Under the pieces are notes generated by a model, which had not been told where the DNA came from, did not search any database, and was given only the letters and a program-made list of their open reading frames with translations. Shown in pieces: positions 1 through 12,761 of a stretch of 42,739 nucleotides of DNA. Origin of the DNA: Chiloscyllium plagiosum (taxonomy: Eukaryota); assembly GCF_004010195.1 (NCBI RefSeq), contig NC_057719.1, forward strand, positions 15,014,269 to 15,057,007, written 5' to 3'. The translations under genes and the position numbers were made by a program. Numbering within the stretch: position 1 is the first letter of the stretch; the number at the start of each line of letters is the position of its first letter.

Positions 1-117
1 TCAAGTGGTACATGAGGAGGATGGAAAGGAAAGGATAATATCATTAATGACCATCACCTGCCCTGAAGCTTATTTAAATGATATACTTAATACAAAATAG
101 AGATTGTCAATTGCATA

Positions 118-220
118 GATGATCTTTAATCAACCTGTATAACAATTCTGGAGTAGATGGGACTTAAACTTAGGCTCCCAAGCTCAGGGGAAGAACATTA
201 CCACTGTACCATGGCAGCCC
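118..220 (-). mobile_element. Degenerate tRNA-derived SINE head (family C)
   Basis: Reverse complement reads gggctgccatggtacagtggtaatg...cctaagtttaagtcccatctactccag (A/B-box-like) and resembles 466-571 on the opposite strand. Confidence 0.5.
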
Positions 221-465
221 TTTTCTCACAGTGCTAAGATGATGCCGTGTGACTCCGTAGTGTGTGACACAATGCAATCAAACTGTCACATCCAAATGGC
301 GTGTGGGGATAGCAGAACATGGTTGACTCAAACTTGTTCACGTTTAATCTGGCTGCTCTCTTAAATGTTAGCTATGTCCACCTAAAGTGATCATTCATTG
401 ACATGTATCAAATAGTAGATCATTACTATCAATGGCTGTCATTACTTGAAGGTAGTTTAAGATAT

Positions 466-571
466 GGCTTGTTTAATGCAGTGGTAGTGTCTCTACCGCT
501 AAACCAAAAAGCCTGAATTTAAGTTCCACATGCTCCAGAGGTGTGCCTGAATATGTTGGTGAAAACTATTT
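466..571 (+). mobile_element. Degenerate tRNA-derived SINE head (family C)
   Basis: gcagtggtagtgtctctacc...cctgaatttaagttccacatgctccagag; similar to 118-220. Confidence 0.5.
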
Positions 572-1204
572 GAAACTCCAAGGGCATAACACAGGCAATT
601 GCAGGTGGGTAGGGGATGAAACACATGTTTGTTGGGGTGTGAAAGTGCTTCTGGATTTTTTTTTTAAAAGAGGCAAAAATCTCTTATGGGGAGGAAATGT
701 TTGGCAGGATGAAATGCTGGGAGCCTTTTGTGAACTGAGTCTCTGTTGTGAAAGGGTGGAACATATCTGACGATGAGAGAGAATTTGCATTAAGGAGGTC
801 TGAGCAAAAAGAAGAGAAAATGAGGTCTTTTACACCTGTGAGAGTTGCAGAGATTTCTTGTTATATATTTTCAGGAGACAATGGGAGATCAATGCCATAA
901 CCTTTCCCATTATTTTTGACACCCTTCCATTGACTATTGAGGGCTTCTTCAGAGCAATCCAGCCAAGGGGAGTGTTTCTTGGCATTACTAATATTTGGCT
1001 ATCAGTATAGGCGCGTTGTGCATGTGAGCATAGATTTCAAATCAGAGCCCTGTGCCATGTTACAAGTGGGTAGTAATCAGGCTGTGACGGGTGATGGTGT
1101 GTCAGATACAGTTGGCATATGGAGGACTGACTGCAGAACAAAGGAATCATGACTCAGGTTAATGAGAAGTTATCTGCATATTGCATTGCCTGTCATTCCA
1201 TGTA

Positions 1205-1391
1205 CAAATTGGCTGGCTCTGGAGGCTGGATGACTGGCCTGTAATAGACACCAATACTAACAGGTTAAATTCCTCCACTGTAGTTCCTGAGAAAGATTCC
1301 CTTCACAACCTTTCCGCTTGCCTGAAGTGTGGTGACCCACAAGTTAAACACCACTCACGAGAGAGCGGTAGGACCATGGTGACTTTGCCTT
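1205..1391 (+). mobile_element. Old SINE-like interspersed repeat (family D)
   Basis: Shares cctga(a/g)gtgtggt..ccc.caagttaa and ggtaggac.atggt.actt with 12213-12411. Confidence 0.55.
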
Positions 1392-2374
1392 GCCAACTGC
1401 ACATTGTGCGATTGGGATATTTCTGATTTATCAAAATGGGGCACGCAAAGTCATGTGTGTGCAGCCAATGACACCCTACACCAGGAGGACATCTACAGTC
1501 TCAGACAGGCCTTCGTGTTGGTTTTACCTGATTGCCTCTAGATAAGGAGAATGAGCTGAAAGTATCTGTTTATGTAGCGAGCTTCAGCAACTGTCTACTG
1601 CTTAAAGTCTTCACCCAGACACAAAGGTCAACAGTGACAGTCACCATGACAGCCATGGGTACCTTGTCTTTGCCTATCTTTACAGTTGTAGCTATGGTAA
1701 CAGCAGAGTTGCCAATTTCAGTGACTACCGCTTTCATGAGAAGTCATCTCATAGATTGGCCCTCACTGATTCAGGTCAGAGAATTGTTTCCTAAAGGTCC
1801 TTTTTGTAAATGACTTGCTGACCTTCTTTCCCCTCCTCTGCCTCTGCCTCCCTCAGATAGCTGCTTGCCCTGAGGTGCATGTTCTTGGTCTATTCAGTCC
1901 TTGATGCTTCAGGTGCATAGAATGTGCCATAAACATAGTCAGGTGTGTGCAGTAACCAGGGCAGTTTGCTTTGTAAAAGAGGAAGACTGGAGTGCCTTTG
2001 ATTCTTGCTGTATTAGATTAATGTGAAAGAAATTTACAGCCCCATATGGGTAGTTTCATCCTTAAGGTCAGGATTTCCTGTATTAAACCATAAATCTCTC
2101 TTCTCTTCCCAAAGGTAATAGAGATAATATTTGGTGAAGGGACGACTGAATTCTATAAATATTTATGGGGTAGATTTTCCTGCACAACATGCAGGCAAAG
2201 AGAATTCCGCAGGCCAGATGCTCTTCATGAAATCCTGAAAATAAACTGCTCACAAACTGTTAACTATTTTAAAATGGGCAAACCATTATAGGCTACTGGT
2301 TGTTTGTAATAAATGCTGCTTCACATCTGAGCTCTTGCACACAGCTAATGTATGGGAGAATCCACTTCTTAGGG

Positions 2375-2632
2375 TCTGTGTTTGTGCATGTGTGAGACTT
2401 TTTGTGTGAAACTGCGTGTTTGCTTCAGTCTGAATGTTTGTGTATCCGTCTGAGGGTGTGAGAGGTGAATGAAATGTATGTGTGAATGTTTGTAACTGAG
2501 TGAACGTGACATGCACGAGTGAAATTATATTGGAGAATGTGTGAGTGTGATTGTGTGATTATGTGTGTGTGATTATGTGATTGTGAGAGTGTGTGTGTGA
2601 GTAAATGATAGTGTGATTATGTGTGTGTGTGT
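2375..2632. repeat. Degenerate (TG)n-rich microsatellite
   Basis: Runs of gtgtgtgt/gtgatt, densest at 2537-2632. Confidence 0.85.
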
Positions 2633-3276
2633 TAATTGACTTGGGAAAGAATACTCCAGACACATGTTAAACCATTAAACTTGTGGTATGTGTACTGTGC
2701 ATGGGCTTTGATCCAGAAGCTCTTAAGGCCAAAGGGACTTTAGTAATTGTCTCTTTGGCTATGATTGCAGAATAACAAGATGAGTCAATGAAGAACTGTG
2801 AATGTAATTTGAGTGTCAAAGAAATACCAGGATTTAATAGCTGACATGATTTCAAGATATGATTGTAAATAGAATTATACCATTGTACACAGACATGAGA
2901 AAAACAAGATTTTTATATGCTTTTATTGCCGGATCATACTGACTTTCAAATCTTTTATTTTAAGGGCATTTTCCCATGAACATGACTCAGTCTCTTGATT
3001 TAGTATGCCTTGTATGGAGACCAAGGTTCAAGTCTCACAGGCTGCGCACATTAAGCCAAAGATGACTGATCCTACCCATTAGCTAGTGAGAAACCAACAC
3101 AGCAGATATGTTTGTACAATTGTGATTATTAACTAGAAAGGCACCCCTTCTCTCTAGCATGCCCTCCACCAACATGGACAAAGGGCATCCAACACTCCAC
3201 ACAAGTAATTAACAAATCGAGCACAGTGTTGATATTTATATAGTTTATGGGAGATCATTCCTCTTTTTTATAAATG

Positions 3277-3560
3277 TACGAAATAGGAACAAAAGTCAGT
3301 CACTTGGCCCTTGAGTTTCCACCATTTAATAAGATCATGAATGTTTTATGTTTGCTTCCAATCCCACCTATTGGATTACTCCTAATAACCTTTGATTCCC
3401 AAGGCCAGAATAATCCATCTACCTCCGCCTCAAATGTATTCAATGATTCCACTTCCACCCACCTCTGAAGCAGAGTTCCAAAGTTGTACAAATCAGGAAG
3501 AAAAATAAAATCTCCTTATCTCTCCTATAAAATAAAGCCCTAATTTCAAAATAGTATCCT
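3277..3560 (-). mobile_element. CR1-clade LINE 3' end, degenerate
   Basis: Minus-strand translation LQRWVEVESLNTFEAEVD resembles the CR1 ORF2 C-terminus seen at 30805-31000; tail resembles 30713-30800. Confidence 0.7.
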
Positions 3561-4068
3561 ATTGTTCCCAAGTATCTATTGTTCTTATCCTCCTAGATGG
3601 TAATGGTCATGGGTCTGGAAGGTGCTGTTTAAGATTGTTGGTGCATTTCTACAGTACATCCTGTAGATAGTACACACTACTGCTACTGAACATCAGCAGT
3701 GGAGGGAATGGATGTTTGTGGATGTGGTGCCAGTTGGTGTCAAGCTTCTTGAACATTGTTGGAGCTGCACAGCATCCAGGCAAGTGGGGAGTGTTTCATC
3801 ACACTCCTGACTTGTGCCTTGTAGTTGGTGGACACTCTTTGGGGAGTCAGGAGGTGAATTATTCACTGCAGGATTCCTAGCCTCTGACCCGGGCTTGTGG
3901 CCACAGTGCTTATGTGTCTAGTTCAACTTCGGGTCAATGGTAGCCCCCAAATGTTGACAACTGGGGAGTCAGCAATGACAATGCCATTGAATGTCAAATG
4001 GCAATGATTAGATTCTCTCTTGTTGGAGATGGTCAGCGTCTGGCACTCGTCTGGCATGAATCTCACTT

Positions 4069-4258
4069 AGAACATAGAACATTACAGCGCAGTACAGGCC
4101 TTTCGGCCCTTGATGTTGCACCGCCCTGTCATACTAATCTGAAGCCCATCCCACCTACACTATTCCGTGTACGTCCATATGCCTGTCCAATGACGACTTA
4201 AATGCTCTTAAACTTGGCGAATCTACTACCGATGCAGGCAAAGCATTCCATACCCTTA
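4069..4258 (-). mobile_element. CR1 LINE 3'-terminal fragment inserted in the family B LINE
   Basis: agaacatagaaca tail repeat and caggcc..tcggccc hairpin typical of CR1 ends; 5-bp direct repeat CACTT at 4064-4068 and 4259-4263. Confidence 0.75.
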
Positions 4259-4805
4259 CACTTGTCAGCCCAAAACTGGGTATTATCCAGGTCGCACTCC
4301 ATTTGAACATGGTTAAAAATCACACAACACCAGGTTATAGTCCAACAGGTTTAGTTGGAAGCACTAGCTTTCGGAGTGCTGCTCCTTCACCAGATGGTTG
4401 TGGAGGCCACAATTGTAAGGCACAGAATTTATAGCAAACATTTACAGGATGATATAACTGAAATTATACATTGAAAAATACCTTGATTGTCTGTTGAGTC
4501 TTTCATCTGTTCGAATAAAATGATAGTTTCACTTCCTTCAAGTGTAAATCACAAAACATTTTTTTAAACTTTGCATTCTCAGGTTAGCTGTAACAATTGG
4601 TGTTAGCTAGACAATATGTTGACGGTGTTAGCCCCCTGTGTTCTCTGTCTGTGCCATGATGTTTAGATTGATTCTAATCTAAAAAGTGAGATAACGGAGT
4701 TTTACATGAATTTATGCAGTTTTTGAGCCAAGTACAATGTAACTCTGCAAGTACAAATTTACCCCACAAAATATATGTATATGTGTGCATGTGGGTCTGT
4801 ATGTC

Positions 4806-5100
4806 ACAGACATGCACACAGACACTCACACACACCCTTACAGACACCCACACTCCCACTCACACATGCATCCTCTCAGAGACTTAGACCACTCTACACT
4901 CACACATACACATATACACCCTCTCACACAGACACTCACAACCCTCCACCCCAGACACACACTCACTCATGCACCCCCTCACAGACCTAAGACACTCTAC
5001 ACTCACATACACATACGTATACACTCTCACTCACACTCACAACCCCCTCAACTCAGACACACCCACACAGACACACACACACACACAGGCACACACACAC
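4806..5100. repeat. Degenerate (CA)n-rich spacer of the fold-back element
   Basis: cacacac/cactcac runs between the two arms. Confidence 0.9.
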
Positions 5101-5297
5101 AGACCCACATGCACACATATGCATATATTTTGTGGGGTGAATTTGTAATTGCAGAGTTACATTGTACTTTGTTCAAAAACTGCATGAATTCATGTAAAAC
5201 TCTGTTATCTCACTTTTTAGATTAGAATCAATCTAAACATCATGGCATAGACAGAGAACACAGGGGGCTAACACCTTCAACATATTTCCCCTCAGCC

Positions 5298-6056
5298 GTG
5301 GTTGACGATGCTCTCCACCGCATCTCCTCCACTTCCCGCTCCTCCGCCCTTGAACCCCGCCCCTCCAATCGCCACCAGGACAGAACCCCACTGGTCCTCA
5401 CCTACCACCCCACCAACCTTCAGATACATCGTATCATCCTTCGTCATTTCCGCCACCTCCAAACAGACCCCACCACCATGGATATATTTCCCTCCCTTCC
5501 ACTATCAGCGTTCCGGAAAGACCACTCCCTCTGTGAATCCCTCATCAGGTCCACACCCCCCACCAACCCAACCCCCACTCCCGGCACCTTCCCCTGCAAT
5601 CACAAGAAATGCATAACTTGCGCCCAGACCTTCCCCCTTACTTCCCTCCAAGGCCCCAAGGGATCCTTCCATATCCGCCACAAATTCACCTGCACCTCCA
5701 CACACATCATTTACTGCATCCGCTGCACCCGATGTGGCCTCCTCTATATTGGGGAGACAGGCCGCCTACTTGCGGAACGTTTCAGAGAACACCTCTGGGA
5801 CACCCGGACCAACCAACCCAACCACCCCGTGGCTCAACACTCCAACTCCCCCTCCCACTCCACCAAGGACATGCAGGTCCTCGGACTCCTCCATCGCCAG
5901 ACCATGGCAACACGACGGTTGGAGGAAGAGCGCCTCATCTTCCGCCTAGGAACCCTCCAACCACAAGGGATGAATGCAGATTTCTCCAGCTTCCTCAGTT
6001 CTCCTCCCCCCACCTTATCTCAGTCCCAACCCTCGGACTCAGCACCGCCTTCTTGA
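5298..6056 (+). pseudogene. C-terminal part of a PLE ORF: RT thumb/linker, Cys knuckle and GIY-YIG endonuclease (RT core absent)
   Basis: PLVLTYHP...CNHKKCITC (Cx4Cx2C linker)...HIIYCIRCTRCGLLYIGETGRLLAERFREH...EERLIFRLGTLQPQGMN; frame open for 252 aa. Confidence 0.9.
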
Positions 6057-6208
6057 CCTGCAATCTTCTTTCTGACCTCTCTGCCCCCATCACCTCTCTG
6101 GCCTATCACCTTCACCTTAACCTCCTTCCACCTATCACATTCCCAATGCCCCTCCCCCAAGTCCCTCCTCCCTACCTTTTATCTTAGCCTGCTTAGCACA
6201 CCCTCCTC

Positions 6209-6245
6209 ATTCCTGAAGAAAGGCTTATGCCTGAAATGTCAATTC
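6209..6245 (+). ncRNA. Minimal hammerhead ribozyme motif in pLTR (decayed stem III)
   Basis: CTGAAGA-A-AGGC-TTAT-GCCT-GAAA-TGTC. Confidence 0.6.
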
Positions 6246-6568
6246 TCCTGCTCCTTGGATGCTGCCTGACCTGCTGCGCTTTTCCAGCAATACATTTTTC
6301 AGCTCTGATCTCCAGCATCTGCATTCCTCACTTTCTCCTACCTTCAACATATTGTCTAGTTAACATCAATTGTTACAGCTAACCTGAGAATGCAACTTTT
6401 TAAAAAATGTTTTGTGATTTTCACATGAAAGAAGTGAAACTATCATGGTATTCGAACAGATGAAAGACTCAACAGACAATCAAGGTATTTTTCAGTGTAT
6501 AATTTCAGTTACATCACACTGTAAACTTTTGCTATAAATTCTGTGTCTTACAATTGTGTCCTCCACTG

Positions 6569-6605
6569 TCAACTGATGAAGGAGCAGTGCTCTGAAAGCT
6601 AGTGT
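6569..6605 (+). ncRNA. Minimal hammerhead ribozyme motif in pLTR (second family); mutated mirror copy on the - strand at ~4362-4395
   Basis: CTGATGA-A-GGAGC-AGT-GCTCT-GAAA-GCTA with palindromic AGCT stem III. Confidence 0.7.
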
Positions 6606-7194
6606 GCTTCCAGCTAAACCTGTTGGACTATAACCTGGTGTTGTGTGATTTTTAACTTTGTACACCCAGTCCAACACCGGCATCTCCAAATCATTTGAAC
6701 ATGGACTGCTTCAGTATCCGAGGTATCATGAATAATGTTGAACTTTGTGCAATTATCGGCGAATATCCCACTTCTCACCTTACGATAAACCGAAGGTCAT
6801 TGATGCAGGAGCTGATGCAGTTGAGAAGAGCATACTGCCCTGAAGAACCCCTGCAGAGATGTCCTGGAGCTGAGATTGCTGATGTCCAAGAAGTACAACT
6901 ATTTCTGTTTCAAGTGTTACTCCAACATCAGGGTGCTTTACATCTGATTTCCTTTTATCCCAGTTTTGCTGGGCATCCTTGGAACCCCATTTGGTCAAAT
7001 GCAGCCTTGATATCAAGGGCTGTCACTCTCACCTCCCCTCTGGAATTCAGCTCTTTTGTCCATGTTTGGACCAAGGCTGTAATGAGGTCAGGAGCCGAGT
7101 GGCCCTGGTGGAACTCAAATCGTATGTCAGTGAGCAATGCTACTTGTTAGTTTTAGTGGTAACAGCTTCCATCACTATGCTGATGATTAGTTAA

Positions 7195-8740
7195 GCATAA
7201 TTTCCCTTTCACAAAACTACACTGACTCTCCATGATTACTTTGTGTTTTTCTAAGTGCCCAGTAATAACTTATTGATTTTAACAGCTTCTCAATGACAAA
7301 CCTCAAGGAAGATGTTCTATAGTTCCCTGTTTTCTGCCTTCTTCCCTTCTTGAGTACATAAGTTATAAATGCTAATTTCCAGTCAAATGGAATTTTTCCT
7401 GACTGGAGAAAAATCTGTAAAATTAACACAAACATGTTTATGACCTTATTAGCCATCTCTTTTAGATGGATGAAGTCTATCTGGACCTCGAGACTTGTCA
7501 GTCCAGAGCTCCCGCAGTTGCTTTGTACCACTCCCCTCATGGTTGTTTTTTTGTTCTACACTCCTCTCTCTCTTCAACTCCTGATTTGCAGATATTACCT
7601 GAATTCTTTTTGTATTCTTTGTACAGAAGTCAGAAGCAAATCAGTTGTTCATTTCATCTGTCTTTTAATATCTGCTATTAACTCCTCATTCTTACTCTTT
7701 ACAGCAACAACACAATTTTTTTTCTTTTTAAATGCCTGTAAAACGTCTCGATATCGATTTTTGTGTTTCTAGCTAGCTTCTTCTCATACTTTAATATCTT
7801 TCTGTTGATTAACTTTAGAGTCATTCTCTGCCATTCTTTATATTCTGACCTATCATCTCTTATCATTGCACAGCTTGATGCATACTTTAGTTAACCATTG
7901 ATGATGGGTCCACCCTTTAAGTGGTTTCTTTATAGTACAAATATACTTCATTTGAGTGTTTTGAAATGTCCCTTAAATTTCTGCCACTGCAATCTATTTC
8001 TGATTCTCTTCATTGAGCTCAGATTTTATGTCTACAGAGTTGCCCTTAGTTAAGCTCTTAGTCACAATCTTCTACCTTTCAAACTAGATATAAAGTTCAA
8101 TAATATTGTGGCCACTGCAACTTAAGAGTGCTTTTAATCAGAGATCATTAATTAATTCTGTCACAGTATATACTACCAAGTCTAATATAACTTGATCTCC
8201 AATTCCAGAGCACGTTGCTCTAAGAAACTATCTTGCAAACATGCAGTGAATTCCTTATTCATATTGCTACTGTCATCTAATTTTTATGTATACATTAAAT
8301 TCTCACATGATTATTTCCAGTCCTTTATCACAAACATTTAATATACCATCTTGTATACTTTAACCTACACTATGGTTAATGTTGAGGCCTGTAGACCACT
8401 GTCACTCCTATTAGAGAATTCTTTCCCCTGCGGTACTTCATCACTAGTTAAACTAATTCTAAACCTGATCTGAATAAAGTGATATCTAACTGTTGCCCAA
8501 ATGCCATCCTGGATTAACAGTTCTACCTCTCCATCTTTACCTGGCTCCTTTCTTTTTAAGTGTCATGTACTCACTCAATACTCACACCAAATCCCTGTTA
8601 AACTGCAGCTACATTTCTGTAATGACTATCAGGTCATATTTATTAATCACAATGTAAGCAATCGGTTAATTTACTTTGTTATAAATGGCATGTGCATTCG
8701 CATACAAAGCCCTTAGTTTGTCCTTTTTATTATTTTTGCA
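7195..8740 (-). mobile_element. Heavily degenerate, internally deleted CR1 ORF2 (endonuclease to start of RT)
   Basis: ALYANAHAIYNKVN...YDLIVITE near 8710-8610; GKIPFDWKLAFITYVLKKGRRQKTGNYRTSSL near 7400-7300. Confidence 0.8.
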
Positions 8741-9689
8741 ACATGCACTGTTTGGAAATTTTATTATCAATTTACCATTTACTTGTCTATGCATATAAAG
8801 GGAAAAAAATGCATCTTTTGTTTCTATAGAACCTTCTAGAACTTCAGGCTAAATTTCTTTGAGTAATCATTGTTGAGGAAATTTGGAGAATTTCCAAATG
8901 CTGGCGGTTTCTTATCTTCCTTTGGTAGCAACAATGCCAGTTACAGTCATTACCACTTTTTGTAAACATTATACCATTATACAACTGGCTTACGGCTATC
9001 ATACTTCACTTCATAAAATACTTATGAAAATGTATACTGATGCAAAGCTCCCATTCAGCTCAATCTAAAAATCACAAAGAGAATAAATAGCCCATCTATA
9101 AATAAGCCTGTCTTCAGACTGATGTTCCAGAGATCAAGCCAACTTAGTTAATGGTAGTCAACCTATTATAGACATAAATATTTTAATCCTCACGTGATAG
9201 TTGCCAAAACCATTGTTAGTAATTCATAACACTACTTAATCTATAGCCTTGTTTAACTACTCCTGTTTGTGTGCTAAATTATAAGCAAGTAAAGGGTTCT
9301 CACAAACTTCACTCTTGAATGCTGTTCCTCATTTCCCCAACCCACCAGCTCTAAACACAATCTCCCTCCACCTCACTATAGCTGTGAAGGTCAAAACTGG
9401 AGTGAAGGTGAAGGGATTGTTCAAACTGCATCCATAACCATTATATGTGACAATGTGCAGAGGCTGTTTATGATCAGGAATGTTAGGCATTACGTTAAAA
9501 TCAACCTGAAGGAAAGAGAAAGAGAAAAGATGTCCTAAAATGCAATGATATGTTTTTGAGGTGTTATCACTATGTAAGTTATTAAATATATTAAGTGGTT
9601 ATCGACTCTCCATTTGAAAAACAACCTTGTAAGTTGTTGAAGTCTTCATACCCTTTCATTGCTCTTTGTTAACATTTATAATATTACAA

Positions 9690-10915
9690 TGAATCTCCGA
9701 AAACTGCCTCAATGTACCTACCTTTATCCTCAACAAGGGATTCACCTCCACGAATTTGCCACACTACCTGCCTTCCCAGAGCCACAATAGGGACCCTTAT
9801 ATCCTTATCTTACACCTCACAACCTGGATTGAATGAAGAGGCTCCACCGTATCTGCCATCTCCTTCACAGGGCTACCACCAAATACATTATCTCTTCCTC
9901 TTACTTTTCAACATTCTGAAAGTACGTTCCCTCTGAAACACTCTGGCCTCCTCATCCAGTGCCCTGACCACATCCCATAGAAGCACAGGGAGATCAAAGC
10001 AACTTGCTCACCACTTCCTTTTGCACTACCTGAGGCCCACAAACATTTATTTCATATGACATAGCAATTTACTTGCAATTTAACAAGCTATATTCACTAC
10101 TCAAACTGTGGTCTCCTCTACAATGGAGAAACCGAATGTAGGATGGATGACTGTTTCAGGGAAATGTGACTCAGCTGAAGAATCTAGTCATATGCTATTT
10201 TAATTACTATTCCACTCTGTCCTTGGGCTTTTACGTATTTCCAAAGAAACACAGAGTAAATTTATGGAACAACATCACATTTTTCAATCAAGTGCATTAC
10301 AACTGAGTGCAATGTTAAGTTCAACAACTCATGATCCTTTTTTTCAGCCAAGGGATGTTCATGACTCTGCTGTAAACATTTATACCTCTTCTGAATTTAC
10401 CCTCTGTTTCTATATTATCCCATTGCCAACCCTCTTTTGTTTTGCAACATTTTTGTAATTTAATCATTCCTGCCCCTCCACCCCATCACTGACAATCCCT
10501 TCATTTTTTAAATTTGATTTACTGTTGTCACATGTACCTAAGTACAGTGAAAAGTTTTGTTTTGCGAACTGTTCAGGCAGGCCATAACATATAGATCATA
10601 GGGTGATTGAACACAGTGAGGCATACAAAGGTACGGCTGCACAGGAAGTGTACAAAAGCAATATCAACATTAGATTTGATATTGGATAGCTCCATTCAGC
10701 AGTCTAAAAACAGCAGGGAAGAAGCTATTCTTGAACCTATTGCTGCATGTGTTTAAGCTTCTGTATCTTCTGCCTGATGAAGGAGTGTTCTCCTTTCCCT
10801 TCTCCTCTTGCCTCCACAGTTGCTTATAAATCAAAACAAACTGAAATGTTAGTGCTATTCTCTCTCCACAGATGCTGCCAGAGTTGCTGGGAGTGTTCAA
10901 CATTTTCAGTTTTTA
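9690..10915 (+). mobile_element. Old Penelope-like element remnant (GIY-YIG region plus pLTR), interrupted by a Rex1 fragment
   Basis: YIHYSNCGLLYNGETECRMDDCFRE at ~10089-10163 parallels the 5298 ORF; pLTR-like ctccacagatgctgccaga at ~10865. Confidence 0.7.
10510..10778 (-). mobile_element. Rex1/Babar-type LINE 3' end
   Basis: SGRRYRSLNTCSNRFKNSFFPAVFRLLN, followed by a UTR ending ...cactgtacttaggtacatgtgacaacagtaaa. Confidence 0.7.
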
Positions 10916-12212
10916 CACGTCCTTGCCATGTTGGAAGAAATGATCAATTCAAGGATCATGGGCAGACCTTCAACTGACAACATCCCAAAGTGTCACTCAG
11001 ACAACTGTTAGATAAATTTAAGAAAGGCAAGCCAATAGCAACTTGATATGAATTTAATTTTATCCCATAAAGATTCTTGGATTAGCTATTTTCTTATCAA
11101 CTAGTCAACATTGGATAGAAATGGCTGCTGATATTGGGATGGGATTGAAACTGAGAGTTCAAGTTGCTGGAATAACATCTACAAAATGCAAATGAGAATG
11201 TCAAACCTAAACAAACACTGACTCTATCATTATCACTGCAGATGGTCCTGCGTTAAAGGTCTTTGGACACGGCCACCTCTTTAGGGTGACTGGATAAACT
11301 AAATTCTGTTCTTTTTCAATGGAGTTCTAATATTTTGACCATGTTTTGGCATCACTTTCTTCAATTCCATTTATAATCCAGCCAACTGGGCTATGGTGGC
11401 TGAATAATACAAATTCTTTGTTTATTACTCAGCAATAAAGAATTTCCCTGGACATTCACTCGTGTTTCAGGAATTGTAGTCTATAATTCTGTTCATTTTC
11501 CCAGAGAAGCTGCAAACGAGTGACCTTGTCTTCAAATAATCAGCTGCTGTGGTATTAGGGGAGGAGGATTGTGCATGGCTTACTCACACAACCTGGAACA
11601 GAGATACAAAGAAACCATACAGCAACAGATGTTAGTGAATTAACATTTTTCACCCAGTGCATGCACAATGAGAAGTGGTAATTCACCCTCATCTGCTGGG
11701 GCAGTTAACATATAGGAGATCACACTCAAACATGAATAAATCACACACTATTTAGTGTGTAATAATGTACATGTATAAGAAAAAGCACAAAGTCCAGACA
11801 TGTAATGCTCCCATTGTATGGAATGGCAATATAACCAAACCATTCCCCATTCAGTCCAATTGTATAGAACCCTGATGTATTAAGCCACTCTACTATTTGA
11901 TTCTCACTCTATTTGATCAATGTACTTCTCAAAACATATCAAATCCTTCCAATATACTCCCAGTGTGACATGTAGATCAATCAATCCAGCCCATTTCTGT
12001 AGTGAACATTGATTCTCAGCTTGACTCAGCATTGTCTGTAGTATGTCAAGCTCAGGAAGCTCCTCAGGTCCAGGCTGGTATTGCAATGACTACCAATATT
12101 CTATTTGGAAATATAAACCAGATAGTAAAATAAAAGCTTGGACTGCTTTGTTGCAGAGAATATTCTTTTTTATATATGTTACTCAAAGGAAAGTGGAACT
12201 ATTGGTTACACA

Positions 12213-12411
12213 AAGATTAGCTCAGTTTGCTAGATGGCTGGTTTGTATTATAGAGTGATCCCAATAGCATATGCCCTGCATTGGCAGAGGTTACCAATGA
12301 GGGTCCCACCTTCTCAACCTCACTTCCTGCCTGAGGTGTGGTATCCCTCAAGTTAAGCCATCACCCATTGTCTCTCTCTCTCTCTCTCTCTGGTAGGACT
12401 ATGGTAACTTC
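12213..12411 (+). mobile_element. Old SINE-like repeat (family D) with internal (TC)10
   Basis: tagctcagtt A-box-like head; similarity to 1205-1391. Confidence 0.6.
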
Positions 12412-12761
12412 TTACACAAAAGCATGTCTTTTTAAAGAATGATTTTTGGCACATGTTAGAGAGTACTTTTAATATAATAAGTACGTAAATGTTTTTTTTG
12501 TTCATTGGTAAAACCTGGTGTAAGTTTCTTCTATCTTACACATGGGCCACAATTAGACATTAACCATTCTAGTGATTAAATTGGTCATATTTCGCACTCA
12601 TTACAGCTCATGGAATAGTGGGGCTTGACATCCCACACACTATTATTATCAAGGTCGTAATAATATTACAAACAGTATACAGTCAATCCTTCTCTCCAAT
12701 TTACAGTCAATTCAAATCTGCAAAGTTATCAAACCCTGCTCTTCCAATGTGTTTAAAAAAT

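Larger units (their letters stand above)
5287..6339 (+). mobile_element. 5'-truncated Penelope-like retroelement (Neptune-type) with 3' pLTR, nested in the fold-back element
   Basis: TSD ACCTTCAACATATT at 5273-5286 and 6340-6353; GIY-YIG ORF; hammerhead motif at 6213. Confidence 0.92.
4313..6691 (+). mobile_element. Non-coding fold-back Penelope-like element (inverted pLTRs, ~480-bp arms, CA-rich spacer, ~36-bp tail)
   Basis: TSD CATTTGAACATGG at 4300-4312 and 6692-6704; 4313-~4800 is the reverse complement of ~5100-5286 joined to 6340-6656; hammerhead motif at 6573. Confidence 0.85.
3575..7185 (-). mobile_element. CR1/L2-group LINE RT fragment (family B), split by nested insertions into 3575-4068, 4259-4312 and 6692-7185
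   Basis: Minus-strand RT motifs FEFHQGHSAPDLITALVQTWTKELNSRGEVRVTALDIKAAFD and GVLQGS; 3600-3860 matches 31760-32045; pieces join across TSDs. Confidence 0.85.

Noticed and set aside
4674..5225. His/Thr-rich ORFs
   Set aside because: Translations of the CA microsatellite and inverted arms.
11904..12086. 60-aa minus-strand ORF with a possible donor
   Set aside because: Weak acceptor, no recognisable homology and no supporting neighbouring exons.
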